This document shows, piece after piece, positions 17,421 to 26,176 of a stretch of DNA of 64,000 nt. Positions within the stretch are counted from its first letter, which is position 1. Each line of letters begins with the position of its first letter. Both the position numbers and the translations under genes were made by a program. The notes under the pieces were generated by a model. That model saw only the letters and a list, made by a program, of their open reading frames with translations. It had not been told where the DNA came from and ran no database searches. Source of the DNA: a virus (Duplodnaviria > Caudoviricetes); the IMG/VR virus record IMGVR_UViG_3300027730_000005. The stretch is one strand, 5' to 3'.

Positions 17421-18017
17421 TTATTCCTTAATGGTTATGTTTCGCAAATCTGGATACTGTACAAACTTGGGTTCTTGAGGTGCAGACTTGTACTGCTCCA
17501 ACAACTCTAACCCACGTTCAGCATCTTCTATTGCAGGCCTGTAGTGATATCCCAACTGGAATGTTTTCTGTGTGTTCCAGGGTGAGATATTTAGGTCGCG
17601 ACCATCATATCGTTGTTTTATCATCACTTCATAGGCTTGCTTGTTATCTAACAGTATAGCACCACCATGCCCTATTTGTAAAGGCTTGTCATGCCCAAAA
17701 CTCAAACACTGCATCTGCCCTGTACGATACATGCCGGGTTCTAATCTTCTAGCACTGTCCCAAACTCTGGTATACACAAAATTGTATTCCCCAGACCATG
17801 TTTGTTCACGCTCATCCAAGTACACATAGTCGATGCCCAACTTGTGCATGGTCATAGGAACACTCAAGTAAGTGTAAGGAGTCATCTTGAGACCCTTTAC
17901 TCGCTCATACCTCAAGCACATCTCTATAGCATGTGTACAGCAATCGGTCATGATTGCAGCAGGAGCACCAGTGAACTCGGCCAGTGCCTGTTCAAACTCA
18001 AGAATTTTTTTGAACAT
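17421..18017 (-). CDS. Minimal DegT/DnrJ/EryC1/StrS-like PLP aminotransferase
   Basis: LAEFTGAPAAIMTDCCTHA, WDSA, LSFGHDKPL..GHGGAIL; only 198 aa. Confidence 0.65.
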   Translation of the reverse strand: MFKKILEFEQALAEFTGAPAAIMTDCCTHAIEMCLRYERVKGLKMTPYTYLSVPMTMHKLGIDYVYLDEREQTWSGEYNFVYTRVWDSARRLEPGMYRTGQMQCLSFGHDKPLQIGHGGAILLDNKQAYEVMIKQRYDGRDLNISPWNTQKTFQLGYHYRPAIEDAERGLELLEQYKSAPQEPKFVQYPDLRNITIKE

Positions 18018-18951
18018 ACCAAGCCCATGCGTGTTGAATCATATCATCTAGTGTGTATTGACGCCAGTTCGGCATCAATTTATTAAACTTTGTTGCACTG
18101 GCAGTGAGCACAGCAGGATCACCGGTCCGTCGGGGCTCTAGCAATACAGATACAGAACCTGCAATTGCAGCAGCATGGGTTAAGATCTCTTTCACACTGG
18201 TACCAGTATTTGATCCTAGATTGTAAACACCTGATAGCACAGCAGTATCCAACGCACACACATGAGCATGAGCAATGTCTTCCACATGCACATAGTCACG
18301 TACACAAGTTCCGTCGGGTGTTTCGTAATCATCACCATACAAGGAAAACTGTTTGTTATCACGAGTGGCTTCTAAGATTCTAGCAATCACATGAGAGGCC
18401 CCGGGTGCCTGTCCATGTCGCCCCTGACGATCTGCACCACATGCATTGAAGTAACGGAACGCTACATAGTCAAGATTGTATGCTCGATGATAGCTGGCTA
18501 ACACTTGTTCAATCATGCGTTTGCTTTCGCCATATGGGCTTATTGGCTCACATGGATCAACTTCTGAACATGAATCTAGTATCGGCTCGCCATACACAGA
18601 TGCACTTGAACTAAAAATAACTCTAGTTTTAGGCAGGGCATGAACCACAAGATCCAGCATATATATGGTCTTGATCACATTGTTGTGGTAGTAGTCTGAA
18701 GGATATTTAACGCTGGGTCCTACCAAACTGGTACCAGCACAATGAATGATGGCGCCGGGTTGTACCTGTATCAATTTTATTTTGGCTTGATCGCTATCAA
18801 AGTCCGCCTGTACAAACTGATCGAACACATCTTTTAAACGTGCAGCACACGGTCTACGGTCAATGCCAATCACTCTGTGTCCAGCATCACACAAAGCCAA
18901 TGCCACTTGTCCACCAATATATCCTGAAGCTCCAGTTACTACCACATCCAT
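17998..18951 (-). CDS. galE: UDP-glucose 4-epimerase-like SDR
   Basis: VTGASGYIG, SSSASVYG, YGESK, RYFNACGAD, DGTCVRDYVHVED. Confidence 0.88.
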   Translation of the reverse strand: MDVVVTGASGYIGGQVALALCDAGHRVIGIDRRPCAARLKDVFDQFVQADFDSDQAKIKLIQVQPGAIIHCAGTSLVGPSVKYPSDYYHNNVIKTIYMLDLVVHALPKTRVIFSSSASVYGEPILDSCSEVDPCEPISPYGESKRMIEQVLASYHRAYNLDYVAFRYFNACGADRQGRHGQAPGASHVIARILEATRDNKQFSLYGDDYETPDGTCVRDYVHVEDIAHAHVCALDTAVLSGVYNLGSNTGTSVKEILTHAAAIAGSVSVLLEPRRTGDPAVLTASATKFNKLMPNWRQYTLDDMIQHAWAWYVQKNS

Positions 18952-18952
18952 T

Positions 18953-20128
18953 TTAGAATTTTCCTTCTCGGGTATGTTTCCTATAATCCACACCCATACG
19001 CAACATATCCTCGCCATTGCCTTGCATGATATCTAACACACGATCAATTGTGCCGTCGTTGCGATTGCTAATTTGTCCCATGCGTGGATGTTGCCAAGTT
19101 AGTAGTATTTCTAACTTGTTTAGGGCATCTTCTATTGACCAAGGAACATAAAGTCTGGAATGGTCATTAGAAAAAGTTTCAGGGAAAGACCTATAAGCAG
19201 GGTATAGAACATTACACCCAAGAGCATCTGCTTCACTGACTGTGTTGGAAACCCAATCTTGAAGGGCGCAATTAAACACAACACGACTATCATTAACGAT
19301 ATTATAGTAATCATTCTTTTCCAAATCTTCGTAGATCACCAGTTTGCCTGCTGCTTGTAGATCACGGGTACGTTGCATGTAGCTTTCGCTATTTGATTTC
19401 AACTTGCCGCCACTGCAAACTGCAAACTCCACAGCTATTTTAGGATGATGTTTGTACCATGATTCAATCAGATCCATGTAGAAATCAGGTTGCTTTTCTT
19501 GATCCCACCGTGCTGAGAATACCACACGCGATTTACGCTCTCTCCAGGGTTTAATACCAGGAACACGTGATTGTACTTCTGCTTTGCCAAATGCCAGGCC
19601 AGAGATATTGTAGATTGGAGCTTTCCAACCTGCAATCTTCATATGCATTACCATTTCCTCATTGGTGGCCAATACACCATCCACAAATGAATCCACCATG
19701 CGTTCATAGTGACCCATAAAATCGCCCATGCCCCATACATGTACAAAATCATCAGGATCAATTGACTGAGCAAGACAGCGAACAAAGATCTTTGGGCGCA
19801 ATGACTCCGGAATTTGTTTAAGGATGTAAGGTAAAGATTCAATGCCTGGTTGAAACATGTCTTCGAAGTAGATAATGTCTTCGTTGGAACATTCTCCTGC
19901 TTTCATCATCCGTATTAGATTCATCAGCTGGCTCATACCAAAGTATGTGCGGCCATGTGCATCTAGAACTTGTCCAGTTACAATAGCTTGATCATTGCTG
20001 AGTGTTTCGCCGGGTACTACTACATAGTCAATACCACGGCGATCAAACACCGCAGTGTTCCAATCTTGCAATTGTAGCGTGTAACGTGCTTTATAGGGCT
20101 CTAGGCCCATGTAAAACAACTTTCTCAT
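18953..20128 (-). CDS. GT-B fold glycosyltransferase
   Basis: VVFSARWDQEKQP, SRVVFNCALQDWVSNTVSEA..LGC; start at MRKLFY. Confidence 0.65.
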   Translation of the reverse strand: MRKLFYMGLEPYKARYTLQLQDWNTAVFDRRGIDYVVVPGETLSNDQAIVTGQVLDAHGRTYFGMSQLMNLIRMMKAGECSNEDIIYFEDMFQPGIESLPYILKQIPESLRPKIFVRCLAQSIDPDDFVHVWGMGDFMGHYERMVDSFVDGVLATNEEMVMHMKIAGWKAPIYNISGLAFGKAEVQSRVPGIKPWRERKSRVVFSARWDQEKQPDFYMDLIESWYKHHPKIAVEFAVCSGGKLKSNSESYMQRTRDLQAAGKLVIYEDLEKNDYYNIVNDSRVVFNCALQDWVSNTVSEADALGCNVLYPAYRSFPETFSNDHSRLYVPWSIEDALNKLEILLTWQHPRMGQISNRNDGTIDRVLDIMQGNGEDMLRMGVDYRKHTREGKF

Positions 20129-20349
20129 GCACGGTATCCAGCCAGTCGACGAGTGTCTTCGTCCCACATGTTCTTGGCCGGCTTGCCCTGGCTGTGTTTG
20201 TTGAATTGTTGGAATGCATAACTGCGGAAGTTATACAGATCCGACTCGTTGAATTTGTATCCGTAATCGACACAGAACTCACGATATTGGTCCAGATCCT
20301 CCCAAGTTTGTTCAGTGCGGGGGTTGTGTTTGATGATGACTTTGGCCAT
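20125..20349 (-). CDS. Hypothetical protein
   Basis: AAGGA RBS, ATGA overlap. Confidence 0.7.
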   Translation of the reverse strand: MAKVIIKHNPRTEQTWEDLDQYREFCVDYGYKFNESDLYNFRSYAFQQFNKHSQGKPAKNMWDEDTRRLAGYRA

Positions 20350-20358
20350 GGTGTTTCC

Positions 20359-20592
20359 TTATTTGTTATCTTCAATATAAACTAACGTGTTGTTGGGCAT
20401 ACCAAGAAAGGTGCCACAACTAACAACTTCTCCTTGCTCATCAATCTGAACGTCTCGACGCCCAATATTGATACTCAATACTTTGGTGCCGTCATCGTCT
20501 ATGATTTCGGCCAATACTCCATCTTTTGCCAAATAAGGTTCACCAAAATTTTCATTGATGACCCCACATAATTTTTCTAAAGAGAGACTCAT
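20359..20592 (-). CDS. Hypothetical protein
   Basis: ORF track, AGGA RBS. Confidence 0.6.
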   Translation of the reverse strand: MSLSLEKLCGVINENFGEPYLAKDGVLAEIIDDDGTKVLSINIGRRDVQIDEQGEVVSCGTFLGMPNNTLVYIEDNK

Positions 20593-20634
20593 TTTGTTTC
20601 CTATGCTAAATAAATGATGATAGAGAGATAAGTT

Positions 20635-21219
20635 ATGCCTAAGTTAACCAACCCTACCACTAATGATACTTGTTTTTTGTGCGGATGTCAAGCACATTGG
20701 ATAAGTTTCAATTCTAAACAGATGCGATGTGTTGAGAAGATTACTCGATGTATTGGCTTTGTCAAAAAAGCTGAGGCAGCCCGGCAACAAAATATGTCTA
20801 AAGAGTTGCGCAGGAATCATATGAAGCAAATGAGCATTAGTGGTAATAAGCGACTTGCTGAACTTCACACTGATGAGCAATGGCGCCGCAGCAAGGGCAA
20901 TAATATTTCTAAGGCTAAATCCACTATTTCTGTTGAACAACAGTCTGATTGGGGTATTTACGAAAGCATAGTTGATCGTATTACACGAGAAAGTTGGTTG
21001 TATCATAATGATAAAATCAATCCTGAAAACTTACCAAGAGGCCATGAGTATGAGTTGGATCACAAGTATAGTAAACATCAAGGTTTTTTAAATAATGTTC
21101 CGCCAGAAGTAATAGGGCATTACTTAAACTTGCAAATGCTTCCGCGGCACTCTAATCGTAAAAAATACAACAAGTGTTCTATATCCATTGATGAACTGTA
21201 CGAGAGCATCAATATTTAA
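20635..21219 (+). CDS. Putative HNH-type homing endonuclease
   Basis: N-terminal CxxC; C-terminal ELDHKYS…NLQMLPRHSNRKK; opposite strand. Confidence 0.5.
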   Translation: MPKLTNPTTNDTCFLCGCQAHWISFNSKQMRCVEKITRCIGFVKKAEAARQQNMSKELRRNHMKQMSISGNKRLAELHTDEQWRRSKGNNISKAKSTISVEQQSDWGIYESIVDRITRESWLYHNDKINPENLPRGHEYELDHKYSKHQGFLNNVPPEVIGHYLNLQMLPRHSNRKKYNKCSISIDELYESINI

Positions 21220-21661
21220 TTGACTGTGCCGAGTAAGTTAGTTTAAATTTTATTAAACAACCATTCTCGCCATCTTCACTAACTTCAATCCATATTTCTT
21301 TGTCTGGATATTTTGCAGCGATTTGATCGTAAAGATCCTCGGCCATCATTTCACAACTTTTGTAGTCAAGTTGCAAGGTTCCGTCTTGATATAGATTCTC
21401 AAGCCAGCGTTTGAATTGAATGAACTCTATGGCCCTATCTGAATGTTCGACATCAATCCACACCCTGAAATGAAAGATGTGACGGTGAGCAGTAGCAAGA
21501 AACGATACATCATATTCATCTCCAGTGGCCAATGCAGGATCTGTGGCAGCAGCTGGATATTTATGGATGCCTTCTTTGCGGAATGTGACCCAGATCTTGC
21601 GATCTGCACGAGAGCGAACTCGCTCTCGTTGTTCTAGCAATGCTTGTTCGCGTTCGTTCAT
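21209..21661 (-). CDS. QueD-like T-fold protein (DpdL-like candidate)
   Basis: LATAHRHIF replaces QueD CxxxHGH; SCEMMA and IEVSEDGENG match QueD C-terminal motifs. Confidence 0.6.
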   Translation of the reverse strand: MNEREQALLEQRERVRSRADRKIWVTFRKEGIHKYPAAATDPALATGDEYDVSFLATAHRHIFHFRVWIDVEHSDRAIEFIQFKRWLENLYQDGTLQLDYKSCEMMAEDLYDQIAAKYPDKEIWIEVSEDGENGCLIKFKLTYSAQSIKY

Positions 21662-21665
21662 AACA

Positions 21666-22223
21666 TTATTCCAAAGTAAAAAGTTTGTGGAAAGTAGATT
21701 GAGACATAGCCTCAAGTTTCTTCATAGCACCATCTGTAAATCTAAACTGATATGATCTAGGACCGTTGGCCTGTCTCTCAAAAAACCCATAGTAGCCTCC
21801 TAGGATATAATCACTTTGATCACCTTGGATGATTTTCTGTCTAGCTGCTTCGTAACACTTTTCAATTTTTTCTTGTATGTGTAGTATTGAAAAATTATAC
21901 ACTTCTGCTGAGACTATGACTTGATCTTTGGTCTTGACTCGATATTGTCGCTGTAATTTGCCATAGATCACAGATTCTCTGTACGGAGTCAATTTAATAT
22001 CCTCGGGAGTCATCCTACCAACTGTGTGTGCTGAAACAGCATCAAGATCTCTTGATTTGACTTCTGTTTCGATCTCCGGTATATCTGGCCCGGGCGCATT
22101 AGACATAGGATAGCCTTGCTCGCCAAGTTCCTTTTCAATATATCGACCAGCGGCGCCACCAAAATTTGATGGGACCAATTTACCAACCATGTTTGCTTTG
22201 AGTCTAACAACTTTAGCTTTCAT
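21666..22223 (-). CDS. MutH/Sau3AI-like PD-(D/E)XK nuclease
   Basis: GGAAGRYIEKELG…PGPDIPEIETEVKSR parallels the MutH G..G..LE..LG…QDF..GVELK layout. Confidence 0.5.
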   Translation of the reverse strand: MKAKVVRLKANMVGKLVPSNFGGAAGRYIEKELGEQGYPMSNAPGPDIPEIETEVKSRDLDAVSAHTVGRMTPEDIKLTPYRESVIYGKLQRQYRVKTKDQVIVSAEVYNFSILHIQEKIEKCYEAARQKIIQGDQSDYILGGYYGFFERQANGPRSYQFRFTDGAMKKLEAMSQSTFHKLFTLE

Positions 22224-22726
22224 AATGTTTCGTCCTTGGTATATTTAGACCAGTCAGTAAAGTGGTCTCGATTTTGTAGTTCATGTATGCTATGACACCA
22301 AACACCAGGATTGGTAGCAGCAAAGTCCTTGTCGTCTATTTTGAGTGTGGCATTATAGCCTAACAGTTTGATATATGGTAGTTTGACTGAGATCATTGGA
22401 ATAAAATTATGATCTTCAGTTAGGCTAGATTCCAATAATCCTTCCACACACTTGACATCAATATCAAGTGTACACAGGTACCCTTTTTGCAAAAAGTATA
22501 GAATCATATTTTCCCACTGCGACCACTTTACGTAGTCGTTGGTATCAATATTTGGAAAACTTTGATTGGCACCAAAATAGATATGCTCACATCCTTGTAT
22601 ATTGGCGGCAATATCATCTGCTGATTGTACCCCAACTACAAATAATGTCTTTTTACCAAATGCAGGTGTGTGTTCTACTTCAGTTCCATAAAAGAACTTG
22701 ATGTTCTCGTGGCCTTCTCGATTCAT
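22220..22726 (-). CDS. Uncharacterised protein translationally coupled to dpdA
   Basis: 168 aa; ATGA overlap with the dpdA stop. Confidence 0.7.
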   Translation of the reverse strand: MNREGHENIKFFYGTEVEHTPAFGKKTLFVVGVQSADDIAANIQGCEHIYFGANQSFPNIDTNDYVKWSQWENMILYFLQKGYLCTLDIDVKCVEGLLESSLTEDHNFIPMISVKLPYIKLLGYNATLKIDDKDFAATNPGVWCHSIHELQNRDHFTDWSKYTKDETL

Positions 22727-24267
22727 ACTTGATCCTGTTCGAGTTGTTGTAATGCTTCAAAGTTTAACAGATCTTCGGGCTCAGAGTCAACCTCTACCAC
22801 ATCAAATAATGCCGAAAACTGTGTATTGGCATTCTTGGTCTTTTTGCCCTTGAATCCTCGAGTACCAATAATATCCATCCAGTATCGGTCATACTTTTCA
22901 ATAATAGCTTCAGACTCTGCACGATTGGATGTTGCAAATATAGCCTCTACAATATCTGCAAAGTGAGTGTGATCACCATTCTCATGCCACATCATGTAAG
23001 GCCACGACCCTGAATCAAATGTTCTATTGGCACGTTGCACCGCTTCCAAATGCATCCAAACATTGTGCCCCATCAGCAATGCATATGAGAATGAATCCCA
23101 AGATGTCTTGCCTTCTTTGCCAATCTTGTTCAAGTCGCCAGGCTTGTAGATGCACACATCCTTCATAGTCAGCAATCGACTGAGCGGGCTTTCATCAAAG
23201 TGATCCACCAATCCGTCGGCTACCACAGCCGACCCATAAGGTCTAGTGTCTGTGCTGTATTTCTTGTCATCGGCAATGGGACTCATTCTATAGCACCATT
23301 TTTCGTTGTGTGCCAAATCTATATGATGATATACTTGCCCATTAGCAGTGGCCAGGAATGGACTTGCACAATCAAACGAAATAGTAAAATCAGGGTTAAC
23401 ATACTTTCTAACAGCACGTTGAATCACAGTAAGCAATACTGCCCATTCTAGTTTTGATGTACCCAAAAAGTGCATCCAATCATGCTTGCCCTGTTGTAGC
23501 AAGTTATCATGTCGCAATGCCACTAGGCGTTTAAGCACCAAATGTACGTCGCACATGTTCTGACCACCCATACTCCATCCATCAAAATGTGTGGTAGGGT
23601 ACTTGACAGGGTCACAAAAGTCTTTCATTTCCTGATACCATTGTTCAGCACTGGTGTGATTGTCACCTTGCAACACGTTTAAGAACTTGGCACCACCATT
23701 TTCTTTGCCCTTGCGATGAGCCATGAAATATTCATTGTTGAACTTAGTAGCATCTACTGCCTCTTGTAGTGTGGTAATCTGACAGGCTTTGCTTGCTTTC
23801 TTGTCGTGGATCACCCAAGTAGGAATATCCAAGATCATGCCGTAGTCACTCACACTGTCCAACCATGCAAGCACTGCTGAACGTTTTTTCTGTGCTTTGG
23901 CACAACCTGAGTTGGCCTTCCAATCGCCTTCCCACAGTCCTTTGGCAATTTGGAATCCGCCTGAGTCACCAAGTATAAAGCTACCTGGTTCTCTATTGCG
24001 AACCATATCCTCAGACCAGTCTTGTTTGTTGAGATCCAAGTTGGCATGTCCACCTGAATACAAACTCCACCGATACGGAAACAATGCTTTTTGACTGTTA
24101 AGCCAATTCATCATCTCCATATCAGTAAGTCCGGCAGGCATACGTCCAGGATCTACATATGGTTCGTTACGTTGTTTGCCCACGAACGTAGCATAAAATC
24201 CCGAGATGGCTGGAAGGAACACAGCATAGTCGTTCTGCTTGGCTGTGAGATTGTCTTGATTGATCAC
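22723..24267 (-). CDS. dpdA: TGT-fold guanine transglycosylase (phage DpdA-like)
   Basis: GDSGGFQI, MILDIP, LNVLQG, DGWSMGG, HFLGTS, SFDCASP; clustered with folE/queD/queE. Confidence 0.8.
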   Translation of the reverse strand: MINQDNLTAKQNDYAVFLPAISGFYATFVGKQRNEPYVDPGRMPAGLTDMEMMNWLNSQKALFPYRWSLYSGGHANLDLNKQDWSEDMVRNREPGSFILGDSGGFQIAKGLWEGDWKANSGCAKAQKKRSAVLAWLDSVSDYGMILDIPTWVIHDKKASKACQITTLQEAVDATKFNNEYFMAHRKGKENGGAKFLNVLQGDNHTSAEQWYQEMKDFCDPVKYPTTHFDGWSMGGQNMCDVHLVLKRLVALRHDNLLQQGKHDWMHFLGTSKLEWAVLLTVIQRAVRKYVNPDFTISFDCASPFLATANGQVYHHIDLAHNEKWCYRMSPIADDKKYSTDTRPYGSAVVADGLVDHFDESPLSRLLTMKDVCIYKPGDLNKIGKEGKTSWDSFSYALLMGHNVWMHLEAVQRANRTFDSGSWPYMMWHENGDHTHFADIVEAIFATSNRAESEAIIEKYDRYWMDIIGTRGFKGKKTKNANTQFSALFDVVEVDSEPEDLLNFEALQQLEQDQV

Positions 24268-24986
24268 TTGGTTTGTGCAGGTAAAATGTAATTGTAAACA
24301 GCCATACCGGAGTCCACAGTGATCTGCATACAGCCATCATCACTGATCTTCATGGTCTTGTCACCTACCAAGCACAGTATACTGATCACTTGCGAAATAG
24401 GCCATGACCAGGTGCGTTTGAGACTGCCAGTTACATCATGTTGAAACACAAAGTTACCGCTGTGTGTAGAATGATCTCCAAAGAAAAACTTTAGATGCTT
24501 GTCTTCAACTTTGACTTGAAAGTTAGTTTCTTCTGAGTTGGCCTGCCACTGCATTTTCAAACGCTGAATAGCTGCCACTGTGGGTTCAAATGTGATATGC
24601 CAGTTTACACCTTTGAATTTCAAAGTCTTGAGTTTGTCATTCACAACTTCACTGGCCATGAACCTGTAGTTGTTGCGAAAGTCTCCTGCTTTGTTTTCGA
24701 AGTTGATGCCATCTGGTTCGCCAGTGCTTCTACGTGTGATAGTCAACTTGGCATCTTCACGATATTCTTGCAAGTTAATCAAAGTCTTGAGTTTGCCAAG
24801 ATTAGGCATACCAAACGTGCCGATAAAATCAGCAACAGGGTTGGCAAACTGTGCTTCCACAATAACTGAATTGTCAGCGGCCAGTCCGTTTACTGCTGTG
24901 GCTGCATCTGTGCCGGTGACTTTGATCAAGTCGATACAGCCAAGATCAAATGTGTGTTGCACTAGGTCTAAGAGATTGTCTTTCAT
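24264..24986 (-). CDS. Sliding clamp-like protein (gp45-like)
   Basis: 240 aa, near polB, GTFGMPNL…NYRFM pattern; clamp loader also in window. Confidence 0.6.
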   Translation of the reverse strand: MKDNLLDLVQHTFDLGCIDLIKVTGTDAATAVNGLAADNSVIVEAQFANPVADFIGTFGMPNLGKLKTLINLQEYREDAKLTITRRSTGEPDGINFENKAGDFRNNYRFMASEVVNDKLKTLKFKGVNWHITFEPTVAAIQRLKMQWQANSEETNFQVKVEDKHLKFFFGDHSTHSGNFVFQHDVTGSLKRTWSWPISQVISILCLVGDKTMKISDDGCMQITVDSGMAVYNYILPAQTK

Positions 24987-26176
24987 TTTTGGGTCCTTTT
25001 AAATAATTTTCTCAATTGGTCTTCTGAAAAGTTTTGCTGTTCCAGAAATGCTTCTATAGTTCTTCGAACTTTTTTGATATTGTACATGCGTTTGGTAGTG
25101 GCATTTGAAATATCCACACCCAACATTTCAGCCAGTTTAATCAATTGGTCTAAGTCTAAACTATTATAGAGTTGTTTGATAGGAATGTCAACTACTTCTG
25201 GTGGAATTTCTTTTATCGTCACTGGGTCAGGTAGTACTGGCACAGATTTTCTATAAATCCCAGCCAAACATTGTCCACCTCGAATGCTAGTCAACTGCCC
25301 AGGCTTTTTTAATTCTACCCAGGTGCTTGCACTATTAATAATCTCTTTACGAACAATTTCATATCCTACTTCAACTGCATGTTCATATATTAATCTTGCT
25401 GGTGTGTAGCAGCAAAAATGATTTTCAGTCAATTCTACTCCACCTTGCCGATCACAATCATTGAAGTTGAAAAAGAACGTACCACCACCACGCAGTAATC
25501 TAAATACTTCCAACAGATATTTTTTTATAACTTCCAAGGGGCGGAAATTAAAATAGTCAAAGCTGTAAACAAATCCAAACTGCTGTTGCGGTAATGCTTC
25601 AAATATAGGTTGGTTATTGAATTCATCAATCACATAACATCGTAATCTACGTTGATATTCGGGAGGAAATTGACTAGTAACAGGAGCCATCAGGTCTTTA
25701 TGAGTATCTATAAAATACATGGGATCCAGTGCTACTAAATCCTCCACCCAGGGACTGTGCGAAGGCCTTATTACTAATCCAGGATATTTCCAATCAGTGT
25801 AGGTTTGCAATCTACCACGCAACTGCAATTTCTTAGCAGGATCTATAGGTCGAATTCTTTGCAGAATGTATTCAACAGTTTCATGTTGCATAGACTGATA
25901 CAGTTTGGTACTGTGGTCAAAATATACAGATTCATTATGTTTGATTAGGTCCTGAACATGTTGGCGTATGTTATGCAAAGTTTGATCATACTGCTGTAAG
26001 TACAGTTTGACTTGATCCTGAGTTGCGAGTAATCGATCTGTCAACTGTGGAAATTGTATCTGACTGTTTTGTATTACATAACTGATACCAGCCAATTCTG
26101 CGTTGACACTCACAGCTGATTCTACACCAAGTGTATCTAAATGATTTAGGTATCCAACTAAGTCACTAAGTATCAT
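24983..26176 (-). CDS. Protein with C-terminal class I methyltransferase-like domain
   Basis: FGFVYSFDYFNF…VFRLLRGGGTFFF; SAM motif I degenerate. Confidence 0.5.
   Translation of the reverse strand: MILSDLVGYLNHLDTLGVESAVSVNAELAGISYVIQNSQIQFPQLTDRLLATQDQVKLYLQQYDQTLHNIRQHVQDLIKHNESVYFDHSTKLYQSMQHETVEYILQRIRPIDPAKKLQLRGRLQTYTDWKYPGLVIRPSHSPWVEDLVALDPMYFIDTHKDLMAPVTSQFPPEYQRRLRCYVIDEFNNQPIFEALPQQQFGFVYSFDYFNFRPLEVIKKYLLEVFRLLRGGGTFFFNFNDCDRQGGVELTENHFCCYTPARLIYEHAVEVGYEIVRKEIINSASTWVELKKPGQLTSIRGGQCLAGIYRKSVPVLPDPVTIKEIPPEVVDIPIKQLYNSLDLDQLIKLAEMLGVDISNATTKRMYNIKKVRRTIEAFLEQQNFSEDQLRKLFKRTQK

Noticed and set aside
22723-24267. Ordinary tRNA-guanine transglycosylase (Tgt)
   Set aside because: 514 aa with large insertions, no recognisable CxCxxC zinc site, and a position beside DNA replication genes favour a DNA-acting DpdA; tRNA activity is not formally excluded.
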